64,000 bases of DNA from Myxococcota bacterium (GCA_965223415.1 OZ245002.1:2048001-2112000); one strand, 5' to 3'; counted from the first letter of the stretch, positions 28,139 to 38,063 are shown. The notes: generated by a model from the letters alone, not told the origin. Translations and numbers: made by a program.

Positions 28139-29188
28139 CTACGCCATGCCAAGGCACCTCCGGAGATCGAAGGCCTCGCCGCGGGTGAGCGTGACCCAGA
28201 CGCTGACGAGGAGTCTGCGAGCCAAGGCCATGCGGACCTTGTTCTTGTGGACGCGGGTCCGCATCGTCTTCGCCCAGGCACGAACCAACGGGTCGTCCTT
28301 CATCAGGCGAACCGCCCATTGGCTGACGATCCAGCGGAGCTCGGCCTGGCCTTGGCGGGTCATGCGGCCGTGGTGGGCGTGGTCGGCTGACTGGTTCACC
28401 TTGGGGGTGAAGCCGGCGAAGGCCGAGACCGCACGGGGGCCTCGGAATCGGTGCGGGTCGCCGATCTCGGCGAGCAGCGTGGCAGCCGATTGCGTCCCGA
28501 TGCTCGGGAGCTCCTGCTCGAGGGCCTGGACGTCGGGATCCTCTCGCCCGATCCGTCGGATCTCCCGATCGAGAGCCAGCACCTGGCCCTGCAGGCTATC
28601 GAGCACCTGGAGCAGGGCCTTGAAGGCGGTCTGCATCTCCAGGGTCGGCAGGGTGACGGTGCGGAGCTTCTCCCGGCTCGGCTTGGTATAGAGCGCGCTC
28701 GTGGGAGCGGGAATCCGGTAGGCGTTCAGGAAGCCCCGGAGCTGGTTCACGGCCTGTTGGCGCATCTGGACGAGGCGGTGGCGGACCCGAAGGAGCTTCC
28801 TCCTCCCGTACTCCTCGTCGCTCGGGTAGTAGGTCGTTGCCACCCGATCCAGATCACCGAGCCAGAGCCGGCGTGCAATCTCGGCTGCATCTCGCCGGTC
28901 CGTCTTCTTGCCGAGCTTCTTCAGGTCGAGCTTGCGCGGATCACAGACCAGAACGTCGAGCTGCGCCTCTCGGCAGGCGTTGACGAACCACCGGTTGAGG
29001 CCCAACGCCTCGACGGCTACGCGGCAATGGGGTCCGAAGAACTTCAGCCGCTCCACGACCCCGAGGCCCTGTTCAAGGCTCTCGGAGCGGATCCTCTCCT
29101 CGGCGATCTTCTCACCCCGCGCATCCAGCACGCAGATCTGGATCACGGTGCGATGCAAGTCGATCCCAGCGAAGTACTCTGTCGTCAT
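28139..29188 (-). CDS. IS110/IS1111 transposase (349 aa), copy 2
   Basis: Identical protein to 23558-24607. Confidence 0.94.
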   Translation of the reverse strand: MTTEYFAGIDLHRTVIQICVLDARGEKIAEERIRSESLEQGLGVVERLKFFGPHCRVAVEALGLNRWFVNACREAQLDVLVCDPRKLDLKKLGKKTDRRDAAEIARRLWLGDLDRVATTYYPSDEEYGRRKLLRVRHRLVQMRQQAVNQLRGFLNAYRIPAPTSALYTKPSREKLRTVTLPTLEMQTAFKALLQVLDSLQGQVLALDREIRRIGREDPDVQALEQELPSIGTQSAATLLAEIGDPHRFRGPRAVSAFAGFTPKVNQSADHAHHGRMTRQGQAELRWIVSQWAVRLMKDDPLVRAWAKTMRTRVHKNKVRMALARRLLVSVWVTLTRGEAFDLRRCLGMA

Positions 29189-29503
29189 GGTCAGTCTCCT
29201 TGGGGAGTGTTTGTTGGAACACAGCCAAGGTGGCTGTTCTCCAAGGAGCTGACCTCCCTATACCCTCCGGGGAACCGCCCCTTCCAATCGGGCCATGGTA
29301 CCCTGGGGTTCCCATGGCGCGCTCTCGCCATCCGACAGGTGTCGGTTCTTCTGGCTCTTCACGGCGTCTCCGTGGCCTGGGGTTGGCGGTCAGCGCTGTC
29401 GGCTGCGGCGGAAGCGCGAGCGGCTCTCGTAGAGCCATGCAGCACGCCCGTTGGGCAGCATGACCCTCCCTGGCACCAAGCCAAGCACTACTGGGAACCA
29501 GCT

Positions 29504-29968
29504 ATGGCAACGCTCCATCTGATGGTTGGCCTTCCGTGCTCTGGCAAGACGACGCTGGCACGCACCCTCGAACACAGGTACTCGGCGCTTCGCCTCACGC
29601 CGGATGAGTGGCAGGTGCGCCTCTTCGGGCAGGATGCGGCGGATCCGCGGCACGACGCCCGTCACAGCCTCATTGAGGCGCTGCAATGGGAGGTTGCCGA
29701 AAGGGCGTTGGTATTGGGCATCAGTGTCATCCTCGATTTCGGCTTCTGGGCGCATGAAGAACGAGAGGATTTCCGATCACGAGCCGAGCAGCTTGGGGCC
29801 AGTAGCGAAGTGCATTTCCTCGATGTACCGAGCGACGAGTTGCTTCGGCGGCTGGCCAACCGAAACGCACGACCGGAATTGGCGTTCCATATCCCCGAAG
29901 AGATGATGATGTCGTGGATAGAGTCCTTCCAGAGGCCGGACGAGGACGAACTGGAGCGTAGAGATTGA
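29504..29968 (+). CDS. AAA/P-loop kinase (probable cassette 4)
   Basis: MVGLPCSGKTT, TPDEW, VILDFGFW..EER. Confidence 0.88.
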   Translation: MATLHLMVGLPCSGKTTLARTLEHRYSALRLTPDEWQVRLFGQDAADPRHDARHSLIEALQWEVAERALVLGISVILDFGFWAHEEREDFRSRAEQLGASSEVHFLDVPSDELLRRLANRNARPELAFHIPEEMMMSWIESFQRPDEDELERRD

Positions 29969-29996
29969 CAACGGAACCCGGCCAGGAGAGCGCTCC

Positions 29997-30026
29997 GCCT
30001 AATCAGCGGGCCGCGGCAGATCGGGG
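29997..30026 (+). other. Decayed attC left arm
   Basis: GCCTAATCAGCGGGCCGCGGCAGATCGGGG aligns to GCCTAACCAGCGGCTGCAGCTGACCGGGG; AAC mutated to AAT. Confidence 0.65.
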
Positions 30027-30140
30027 CAGCGGATCACGCTGCGGCAGCCAAGCCTTCTGAATCGGGGATTCCGCCCTCCGAGGGACCCCTGGGTTACACT
30101 TCGATGCCTGAACGAACCCGGTCTGTCAGAGCAACGAAAG

Positions 30141-30653
30141 ATGTTCGAGACACTTCGGAACTTCGCAGAGATCGGGATTGCGATCGCCGGCTTCAGCGCG
30201 ATCGCTTCCGCCCTCAGATCGCGGGTCTCTGCCGCCTGGCCCGAGCGCGACCGCCTGGCCCTCGTATCGCTTCTCGAGACTTCGGCGTTGGTCGTGTTGT
30301 TCGCGATCGTTCCACAGGTGCTCCATCAGATCCTGGAGAACGAGCGCGGCCTCTGGGTCAGCTCCAACCTCGGTTACGCTGCGTTTCACTCCTTCCACTA
30401 CGTCATTCAGCTGCGACGCATCGGCTTCTCCGGCGGAGCGAGCGAGACCCTTCACCCGGTGAGCCGCCTGGCGGGTGGCACCATGTTTCTCGGCGGCATT
30501 CTGCTGGTAGCGACACAGGTAGCACTCGTTGCCTTCGGCGATCCGCGTCAGCTCCGATTCATCTACCTCGTCGCGTTGACCTGGCACTCCTGTGTGGCGG
30601 CCGTGATGTTCGGAAGCCTGATCCTTCGATCCTTGAGGGGCAATGATGCTTGA
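30141..30653 (+). CDS. Hypothetical membrane protein
   Basis: Several TM segments; AEIGIAIAGFS motif resembles 33517-34047. Confidence 0.75.
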   Translation: MFETLRNFAEIGIAIAGFSAIASALRSRVSAAWPERDRLALVSLLETSALVVLFAIVPQVLHQILENERGLWVSSNLGYAAFHSFHYVIQLRRIGFSGGASETLHPVSRLAGGTMFLGGILLVATQVALVAFGDPRQLRFIYLVALTWHSCVAAVMFGSLILRSLRGNDA

Positions 30654-30992
30654 CGAGGCGATGCAGGTCGTAGCCAATCTGAGGCGCCGCGCCCGACTAG
30701 CCCATCCTCTCGGCGTCGGGGAATCACGCGAAGCAACCATGGACAAGGTCAATCTCGCTCAGAAGACTCCCGCTCCGCGGAATCGCCCGACCGGCTGAAA
30801 CGCGTCGCGGGCGGCCGAGCGCTCCCGAGACGCCAGAGCCCGGGCTTGCGATCGCTGCATCACTGCAACGACGCGTTGCGAGCCCGCAACGCCAGTGGCG
30901 TCCCGATGGCTCTCGATCGATGCCAGCTGGCACGCGGTTTGCTGCATCGGGGAGGAGAGCTTCCAATCTGCACCCATCGTGGGAGGACCTCC

Positions 30993-31385
30993 ATGTCGGC
31001 GGAGCGCGTGTTTCTCTGGGTCGCCGGCCCACTGTTCCTCGCAATCGGAGCCGCCTATCTCGTCTCGCCGGTGGCCATGGCGGCGGTCACCGAGCTGGGC
31101 GTGGCCACCGCCACCGCCACGATCGACGTCCGGGGCTACTACGGAGGGCAGCTCGCCGGCATCGGCGCTCTCGTGCTGCTCGGCGCAGTCCGGCCTGCCT
31201 ACGCCCCTGCCGCCTTCCTCGTCGTCGCGTCTTCCCTCGGAGGCACCGGCCTCGGGCGGCTCGTCGGGCTCGCAGCAGCAGACGCCGCGCCGCCGCTCAT
31301 GGTCTCGGCAACGATTCTCGAGCTGGCCTCCGCAGTGACGGCTCTTCTCCTGGCTCGCCGCACCTTCGACCTGCCTGCCGCCTAG
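30993..31385 (+). CDS. DUF4345-like membrane protein
   Basis: DVRGYYGG...GRLVG; GGAGG RBS. Confidence 0.75.
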   Translation: MSAERVFLWVAGPLFLAIGAAYLVSPVAMAAVTELGVATATATIDVRGYYGGQLAGIGALVLLGAVRPAYAPAAFLVVASSLGGTGLGRLVGLAAADAAPPLMVSATILELASAVTALLLARRTFDLPAA

Positions 31386-31680
31386 CCAGCAGCGCCAGGT
31401 GACCGGCAACCGCCGTGGTACACTGGGTCGACCCACGAGGCTGAGCGGCTTCGGCCCGGCGGCGTCCTCGTCAACTACGGCCTCGTCGCGACGGAGACCG
31501 TCGCGGTCTTCTCGGGCCACCTGGAGGCCTGGCGCATGGTTCCTACCCGGTGCATCCAAGGTGTCTTGCTCTTCCTGTTCGTGTCGGCCTACCACGATCG
31601 GTTCCTGCGGCGCTGGGTCGCCGTGTAGCAGCCAGGCACGAATCGTCTTGGCAGGACGCAGATCGAAACGAACGGACGCC

Positions 31681-32361
31681 GTGTGGGCGGCCGCGTTCTG
31701 CATCTTCCTCGCCTGCTCGACCCTCCCCGACTACGCGCGCCCCAGGGGTGAGCTCCTCGATCCGTCCGCCTATCACGCTACGGACGTCATCCGTTATCGG
31801 GAGCTGTCGCGCGCCGATTTCCGCGGCGATTCCCCGCCTCGACGCGTCGCCTCACACGCGTCGAAGCTCGGTGCGTTCACCTGCGCGAACATCGTGGCGA
31901 CGCCTACCACGGTCATGCCGACCATCACCCCCGATCCCCCGTCCGGCGGGTTCGTCGCCCGAGCACCTGCCCTGCGGTACCGGGCGGAGATGGATCGCGG
32001 GTGCTCATGGTGGAACCCCGACGGTGCGGAGAGCTCCGAGACGTACACGTTGCAACACGAGCAGATCCACTTCGCGATCGTCGAGCTCGAAGCCAGGCGG
32101 CTGGACGAGGAGGCGAGGGGGCTCCTCGGGCGGGGGAGCTCGCCCGAGGCCGCCGCGGCCGCCCTCCAGCGCAGCATCAACGCTGCACTCCAAGCTGCCC
32201 TGAGCCGAGGACTCAGCCGCAGCACCCGATTCGACGAGGACACCTCGCTCGTTCACGATCCGAGAGCTCAATCGCGATGGAACCAGCGCGTGGTCGAGGA
32301 GCTCGGCCAGCTCGACGAGCCAGGGCGGTCCCTGCACGACCCAGCCGCGAGGATCCCATGA
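31681..32361 (+). CDS. DUF922-like Zn-protease lipoprotein
   Basis: Lipobox FLAC; LSRADFRG; LQHEQIHF (HExxH); start estimated. Confidence 0.65.
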   Translation: MWAAAFCIFLACSTLPDYARPRGELLDPSAYHATDVIRYRELSRADFRGDSPPRRVASHASKLGAFTCANIVATPTTVMPTITPDPPSGGFVARAPALRYRAEMDRGCSWWNPDGAESSETYTLQHEQIHFAIVELEARRLDEEARGLLGRGSSPEAAAAALQRSINAALQAALSRGLSRSTRFDEDTSLVHDPRAQSRWNQRVVEELGQLDEPGRSLHDPAARIP

Positions 32362-32760
32362 GCTCCACGACCACCGGGCACGTCCTTCGAGTGTTCATCG
32401 TCCTCGCCGTCGCAGCGTGCGCCACCCCGTTGGAGCGGCTGCAACGCACCGAGGCCGTGCCCTTTGCCGAGAGTTGGCTCGACCATCTGGACGCGGGACG
32501 GCAGGAGCCGGCGTGGGACGCGACGGCCGACCTTGCGAGGCTCCGGTACGAGAAGGCACGAAGGCTCAAGCTGTGGTTCGGTGCCAGAGGCGCGCTCGGG
32601 GAGCGCATCTCGCGGCGCGTCGGTATGCGTCCGGATTCGCCACGGCCTCGACGATCAGGGGGCCGCCCTCTCCCTCCGCCGCGCGCTCCCCGGCGTAGCC
32701 GGGCAGATCGCCCGAGTTGGCGCGCGTGACGCGTTCGAGCTTCGAACGCGACATGCCGGG
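32358..32760 (+). pseudogene. Degenerate DUF4019-like lipoprotein
   Basis: AESWLDHLDAG...W...RGALGERISR, then frame breakdown. Confidence 0.4.
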
Positions 32761-32851
32761 ATGCGATCGCACCGCACTCGCGCGGCCTCAGGTTCGCGCC
32801 CTGGCCCCCCGATGTCTCGATGGAGTCCTTCTCCCCCATCGAGGTTCCACC

Positions 32852-33064
32852 ATGCGAGAGATCTGGGCCCCGGTCTGGTTCGCTACGGCACTGTGCGCCA
32901 TCGCCCTCATCGCAACCGTCCTGTACAAGTGGGAGCCCGCAGCACCCGCCTTCTTCTCCTTCCTCCCCGTGGTCTTCCTGCAGATGGGCCGCAGCATCCA
33001 GGGCCTCCATCGGCGGATCGAAGACCTCGAGCGCTCCCAGGAGCAGGACGAGCACGGCGTCTAA
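32852..33064 (+). CDS. Small membrane protein
   Basis: Two TM segments plus LHRRIEDLE tail; stop within GTCTAAC. Confidence 0.65.
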   Translation: MREIWAPVWFATALCAIALIATVLYKWEPAAPAFFSFLPVVFLQMGRSIQGLHRRIEDLERSQEQDEHGV

Positions 33065-33102
33065 CCGCAGCCCGGGTACCCTCACGTCGAGGGAGGCCCG
33101 CG

Positions 33103-33392
33103 ATGCCCGCACTCCTCATCGCCGAGATGACGTGGAAGAGCACCGAGTGGCTCCCTGACGATCTCGCCGTGGTCCCTGATCTCGTGAAGAAGCACGGGGC
33201 CGGTACGTGGTACGGACCGGCGAGATCGAGCGGCTCGAAGGGACACGGGACGAGACGGACGGCATCGTCGTCCTCGAGTTTCCCGATCGGGACGCGGCGC
33301 TGGCGTTCATCGACGATCCCGAGTACGAGGGCCCGAAGAAGGCCCGCCTGGCCAATACCCTTTCCGAGACGATTCTCGTACCGCTGAAGTGA
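33103..33392 (+). pseudogene. DUF1330 protein, frameshifted
   Basis: One extra G near 33200 restores KHGGRYVVRTGEIERLEG...VVLEFPD. Confidence 0.8.
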
Positions 33393-33516
33393 AGGCGCAG
33401 GCATGGCCATTCACCGCGGTCTTCGGTCTCGCCAAGGCCGGCGGCCGAATCGCGAACCCCCTGGGCGAGCAGTGGACTCCGTTCGGCCGACGACGTGGTA
33501 GCCTGGGACGCGAGAC

Positions 33517-34047
33517 ATGACGGCGAAGGACGAGCTCCTGACGATCGTTGAGATCAGCGTCGCGCTGATCGGTTTCTCGGGTCTGATCTTCGTGTTCCGG
33601 TCCCGGGACATCACGGAGCTCGAGGTTCGAGACCTCTCCGCGCTAGCCATGATCCTGGGCGCCGGTGGCTTGACGCTCGTGTTCGCGCTGCTGCCGCTGC
33701 CCTTCTCCTACCTCGGCCTGGCGGAGCCCCAGCTCTGGCGTCTCTGCTCCGGGTTGTTTGCTGCCGGGATGCTCGGCGCGGGCACCGCGTTCCTTCTCGT
33801 CAACCGGAGACTGGTAGCCAAGGGTCATGCCGAGCGGACGCCACGTCTCAACCGGCTCACCCTGTTCTCGGCGTTCCTGACGGCGGTCCTTCTCGGACTG
33901 GTCGCGGCGGGAACGTTCCCGGCGGGTCCGGCGGTATACCTGCTGGGACTCGTCGTCTGCATCCTGCATTGCCTCGTCTACGTCGCGTTCATGCTGGTGG
34001 TCGCGCGCCGATTCGACACTCCCCGGCGAGTTGATCGGCATTCGTGA
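33517..34047 (+). CDS. Hypothetical membrane protein
   Basis: VEISVALIGFSG; multiple TM segments. Confidence 0.75.
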   Translation: MTAKDELLTIVEISVALIGFSGLIFVFRSRDITELEVRDLSALAMILGAGGLTLVFALLPLPFSYLGLAEPQLWRLCSGLFAAGMLGAGTAFLLVNRRLVAKGHAERTPRLNRLTLFSAFLTAVLLGLVAAGTFPAGPAVYLLGLVVCILHCLVYVAFMLVVARRFDTPRRVDRHS

Positions 34048-34088
34048 TACGCTGGGCGCCAGCCACAGGGGCGAGGGAAGGCCGCGCG

Positions 34089-34625
34089 ATGTCAGAGAAC
34101 GGTGACCGACCCGAAGCCGCTCCGGGCACCACACTTGATCCCGCCCAGCAGCTCTACCTGGCACAGAGCCTCCAGTCCGAGCAGAACCTGGTCCTGGCGG
34201 TCGCCGCCGGACTGGCCGCGGCGCTCGTCGGCGCGGCGCTGTGGGCGGGGGTTACGTTGGCATCCGGGTACCAGATCGGCTTCATGGCGGTCGGGGTGGG
34301 CTTTCTCGTGGGGCTCGTCGTACGCGTCGCCGGAAAGGGAATCTCGCCTCCGTTCGGCGTCGTCGGTGCGGTTTGTTCCCTGCTCGGGTGCGCGCTGGGC
34401 AACCTTCTCGCGGTCGTGGCGATCGTCGCCGACAGTGAAGGGGTGCCCTTCGGATCCGTTCTCGGACAGCTGAGCTCCGACGTCATCGCGGAGCTGATGG
34501 TGGCAACCTTCAACCCGATGGACCTGCTCTTCTACGGGATCGCGATCTACGAGGGGTATCGCCTCTCTTTCCGTCAAGTCTCGGCGGAAGAGCTGCAGAC
34601 AAGGCTGGGCGGCCCAGCTGCCTGA
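34089..34625 (+). CDS. Hypothetical membrane protein
   Basis: Gly/Ala-rich TM segments; DLLFYGIAIYEGY. Confidence 0.75.
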   Translation: MSENGDRPEAAPGTTLDPAQQLYLAQSLQSEQNLVLAVAAGLAAALVGAALWAGVTLASGYQIGFMAVGVGFLVGLVVRVAGKGISPPFGVVGAVCSLLGCALGNLLAVVAIVADSEGVPFGSVLGQLSSDVIAELMVATFNPMDLLFYGIAIYEGYRLSFRQVSAEELQTRLGGPAA

Positions 34626-34642
34626 AACAGCCGGAGGGATCC

Positions 34643-35026
34643 ATGACGGAAGGGTCTTCCTTCGTTCCGGAGGGCTGGCCGAGGGTCGTCCCGCGAATCG
34701 TCGTCGGGGACCCGCAGGGGCTGGTGCGCTTCGTCCAGGAAGTCTTCGCGGCGAAAGGTGGGTTCAACGCCGATCGTCCGAGCGAGCTCTGGATCGGCGG
34801 CTCGGTGATCATGATCAGCAGTCCGCTCGCTCGGGAGGTGATGACGGCCTTCCTCTACGTCTACGTGGAGGATGTGGACGCCACCTACCGGAAGGCCATC
34901 GCGGCGGGAGCGACGTCCCTCGAGGAGCCCACCGACATGCCCTACGGCGACCGCCGGGCCATGCTGCGAGACCCGTGGGACAACACCTGGCAGATCGCCA
35001 CCCACGGCGGACGCTTCACGCCGTGA
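34643..35026 (+). CDS. VOC/glyoxalase (PhnB-like) protein
   Basis: LYVYVEDVDATY..A..AGA...PYGDR...DPWDNTW. Confidence 0.88.
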   Translation: MTEGSSFVPEGWPRVVPRIVVGDPQGLVRFVQEVFAAKGGFNADRPSELWIGGSVIMISSPLAREVMTAFLYVYVEDVDATYRKAIAAGATSLEEPTDMPYGDRRAMLRDPWDNTWQIATHGGRFTP

Positions 35027-35775
35027 GTGGAGCGCGCGCCCTGTACGACGAGATCGGCATCGGCTACGTCGAGCATCGCCGGCCGGACCCGCGAATCGCC
35101 GCCGCGATCGACGCGGCGCTGGGAGGGGCGGGCTCGGTGCTCAACGTCGGGGCGGGCACGGGGTCCTACGAGCCGCTGGATCGCCCGGTCGTCGCCGTCG
35201 AACCGTCGATCGCGATGATTCGCCAGCGCGCGCCGCGCAGCGCGCAAGCGATCCGCGCTTCGGCCCCCGAGCTGCCCTTCCCGAACGGTGCCTTCGATGC
35301 CGCACTGTCCGTCCTCACCGTGCACCACTGGCCCGACCGCGTCCGCGGGCTCCGGGAGATGCTGCGCGTCGCACGCAACCGCGTGGTGATCGTCACCTGG
35401 GATCCGGCCACCTACGGGTTCTGGCTCATCGACGACTACTTCCCCGAGATTCGCGAGATCGATCGGCGGGGCCTTCCATCCCTCGACGAGCTGCTCGACG
35501 AGATGGTGGAGCCACGGGTCCTCCCTCTCCCCGTTCCCCATGACTGCACCGACGGTTTCCTGGGCGCCTACTGGCGCCGGCCTCGGGCCTACCTCGATCC
35601 GGGTGTGCGCGGCGCCATCTCGGCGTTCGCGAAGCTCGAAGGGGTGGAGGCTCGTCTCGCGCGACTGCGCCGCGATCTGGACGACGGCAGCTGGGAGCAG
35701 CGGAACGGGCATCTGTCGAGCCGTTCCGAGCTCGACATCGGGTACCGCCTCCTCGTCAGCCGTGGCTCTGGGTGA
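35023..35775 (+). CDS. Class I SAM-dependent methyltransferase
   Basis: RRPDPRIA, VLNVGAGTGSYEP, TVHHW. Confidence 0.9.
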   Translation: MSGARALYDEIGIGYVEHRRPDPRIAAAIDAALGGAGSVLNVGAGTGSYEPLDRPVVAVEPSIAMIRQRAPRSAQAIRASAPELPFPNGAFDAALSVLTVHHWPDRVRGLREMLRVARNRVVIVTWDPATYGFWLIDDYFPEIREIDRRGLPSLDELLDEMVEPRVLPLPVPHDCTDGFLGAYWRRPRAYLDPGVRGAISAFAKLEGVEARLARLRRDLDDGSWEQRNGHLSSRSELDIGYRLLVSRGSG

Positions 35776-36637
35776 TCGGTGGTCCATCCGCCAGGCGTGC
35801 AGCGATCCGCGCCGTCGACGCCACGTCATCCGCGTCGAGGAGCGCGAAGCGTGCGAAGGCCCAGCCCCGGAGTCGCACCTCGTCGATTCCCAGGAGGCCT
35901 GCGAGTCGCGCGACCAGCTCCCGGGGCGCTTCGCTCATCCGCTCGCGGCAATTCAGCAGGTGCTGGGTGGCGTCGTAGCACGGGTCTCCGACGAAGGGCT
36001 TCGGGTCGATGACGAGCCAGGGCTGTCGCTCGGCCGAGAGGACGTTGCCGGCGTGGAGGTCCGTCGCGAGCACGACGTGCTCGCGCTGGGAGCCGGCCAG
36101 CTCCTCGAACGCGGCGAGGCCTTCGCGGATGCGGGCTTCGTCGCTCCAGCCCTCCTCGCGCTCGCGGATCTCCGTGCACCAGGAGTCGATCATGCGAGCC
36201 AACGGCCTGAAGGGACGTGACGGCGGCGGAGGTCTCCACAGCCTGCGAAGCAGGCCCGCCAGGATCTCGTCCTGATCGCGCTCGGGAAGGGTGCGCAGGT
36301 GCCGGCCCGGCCGGCATCGCTCGAGCACCATCGCATGGGCCTCACGATCGGCGTCCACGAGGAGGACGGTCGGGTCTCCGTGCCAGAAGGCGAGTCCGTC
36401 GATCTCGTGCATGGCCTCCATGTGCGGGTAGCCGAGCTTGAGCATCACGTCTCGGCCGTCGGCGGTCGTGGCCGGCGTGACCCAGGCGCAGCTGGCTTCG
36501 CTCTCGACCGGCTCCCCTACGCTGAGAGCCAACCGGGCGGTCAGGGCTTCGATAAGGGAAGGGAGCCCGTCGATCCACGCGGCCCCTTCAGGGGTCGTGC
36601 CGAGGGTCCGGTGGAGGTGGGAGGGAATCGTGGCCAT
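35756..36637 (-). CDS. Aminoglycoside/hydroxyurea kinase family (APH(6)-like)
   Basis: LERCRPG, TDLHAGNVL, WLVIDPKPFVGD; substrate unknown. Confidence 0.85.
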   Translation of the reverse strand: MATIPSHLHRTLGTTPEGAAWIDGLPSLIEALTARLALSVGEPVESEASCAWVTPATTADGRDVMLKLGYPHMEAMHEIDGLAFWHGDPTVLLVDADREAHAMVLERCRPGRHLRTLPERDQDEILAGLLRRLWRPPPPSRPFRPLARMIDSWCTEIREREEGWSDEARIREGLAAFEELAGSQREHVVLATDLHAGNVLSAERQPWLVIDPKPFVGDPCYDATQHLLNCRERMSEAPRELVARLAGLLGIDEVRLRGWAFARFALLDADDVASTARIAARLADGPPITQSHG

Positions 36638-36720
36638 GGGCTCTCGGGCGAGGGTACCGGGCGCCGCGTGGTAGGATGCGCCCACCCAACGAAGCAGCGC
36701 GTCCCAAGGGAGACATCGAG

Positions 36721-37149
36721 ATGCCCCAATCCGCGATCTTCGGGCCCGTCCTGGCAACGCTGGCCCTCACCTTCGTCGTCTGGATCGTCCTCTTCGCGCG
36801 CCGAATCCCCTTCATCAACGCCAGCGGGGCGACGCCGGAGCAGCTCGCGACGCCCGGCCATCTCGCGGAGATCCAGCCGCCCGAGGTGTCGAACCCGTCG
36901 GACAATTTCAAGAACCTCTTCGAGATCCCGGTCCTGTTCTACGTCCTGGCCGGCTACCTCTTCGCGACGGAGCAGGTGGACGGCCTCCACGTCGCGGCCG
37001 GTTGGGTGTTCTTCGGCTTTCGTGTCCTACACAGCGCGGTCCACTGCACGGTCAACATCGTGATGCTGCGCTTCGTTCTCTACCTGCTCTCGACCCTCGC
37101 CGTCTGGTTCATCGCCGCGCGGGCGATTCTCGGGCACCTGAGTGGGTGA
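36721..37149 (+). CDS. MAPEG family protein
   Basis: NFKNLFEIPVLFY...FRVLHSAVH. Confidence 0.88.
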   Translation: MPQSAIFGPVLATLALTFVVWIVLFARRIPFINASGATPEQLATPGHLAEIQPPEVSNPSDNFKNLFEIPVLFYVLAGYLFATEQVDGLHVAAGWVFFGFRVLHSAVHCTVNIVMLRFVLYLLSTLAVWFIAARAILGHLSG

Positions 37150-37524
37150 TCAACCGTAGTGCCGAATCTCGATCAGGTGGCGGTTCGGGTCGAACAGGTA
37201 GAGTGACGCGCCGGCGCCCCGGGCGCCGATCTCCTCGCCTGGGCCCTTCCCGTTGCCCACCGCGTGGAAGGAATCGCCGAACTCGACACCGGCTTCCCGG
37301 ACCCGGCGGAACACCTCGTCGAACTCGGCTCGCGGCATGGCGAAGGCCAGGTGCTCGCCGCCCTCGGTGCCCCAGGCCGCGAGCTGGAGTGTGAGATCCG
37401 GCGTCACCCGGAGCACCGAGAAGGGCTCGTTCTCTCCCTCGCCGGCGAGGCCGAGCACCTCGGTGTAGAAGCGCACGCTCTCGTCGCGATCGTTCACTTT
37501 CAGGATCAGGTGGTCGAGCTGCAC
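37150..37524 (-). CDS. VOC family protein
   Basis: LDHLILKV...FYTEVLG...HLAF...DPNRHLIE. Confidence 0.88.
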   Translation of the reverse strand: MQLDHLILKVNDRDESVRFYTEVLGLAGEGENEPFSVLRVTPDLTLQLAAWGTEGGEHLAFAMPRAEFDEVFRRVREAGVEFGDSFHAVGNGKGPGEEIGARGAGASLYLFDPNRHLIEIRHYG

Positions 37525-37527
37525 GGC

Positions 37528-38019
37528 TCAGTGGACCTCCCTCAGGCGGCCGGACTCGACCTCGTAGACGAAGCCGCGCACTGCTCCGACGTGGGGGAGA
37601 AACGGGCTCGCGGACAGGTCGGCGACGGAGCGGCGCACGTTCTCCTCGAGATCCCGGAAGGCGCCCAGGGCGAAGGGGAGGCGGACGCCGACCTCCTGGT
37701 GGATGGCCTCGGCGACCTCCCCATCCTCGAAGGACATCATCCCGCAGCCGGTGTGCTGGACGATCATGATCTCCCGGGTGCCGAGCATGCGCTGCGAGAT
37801 CGTGAGCGACCGCACGACGTCGTCGGTGACGATACCCCCGGCGTTGCGGACGACGTGGGCATCGCCCTCCTCGAGGCCGAGCATCGCCGCGGGGTCGATC
37901 CGCGCGTCCATGCACGTCACGATGGCGATCTCCCGGCCGGGGGGGGCCGCGAGCTGGCCCTTCGAGAAGCCGGCGGCGTACTTCACGTTTGCCTGGAGAC
38001 AAGCGTCGATGGCACTCAT
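37528..38019 (-). CDS. Beta-class carbonic anhydrase
   Basis: CMDARID, RNAGG, HTGCG. Confidence 0.93.
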   Translation of the reverse strand: MSAIDACLQANVKYAAGFSKGQLAAPPGREIAIVTCMDARIDPAAMLGLEEGDAHVVRNAGGIVTDDVVRSLTISQRMLGTREIMIVQHTGCGMMSFEDGEVAEAIHQEVGVRLPFALGAFRDLEENVRRSVADLSASPFLPHVGAVRGFVYEVESGRLREVH

Positions 38020-38063
38020 GCGATTTGGGTAGCATCTGAGAGCCCGATCCGGGAGGGAGCCTT

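Larger units (their letters stand above)
27893..29266 (-). mobile_element. IS110-family element B copy 2 (intact, 1374 bp)
   Basis: Same ends, same attC position and identical transposase translation as copy 1. Confidence 0.94.
27868..29310 (+). other. attC site 3, split by element B copy 2; right arm degenerate or missing
   Basis: GCCTAACCAGCGGCTGCAGCTGACC at 27868-27892; loop resumes at 29267; only a weak GTTGGGC at 29450-29456 downstream. Confidence 0.8.

Noticed and set aside
15400..30100. CRISPR array
   Set aside because: Repeats are attC sites and IS ends; no regular repeat-spacer periodicity and no cas genes.
35756..36637. Streptomycin resistance gene strB
   Set aside because: Only family-level motifs are visible; substrate cannot be assigned.
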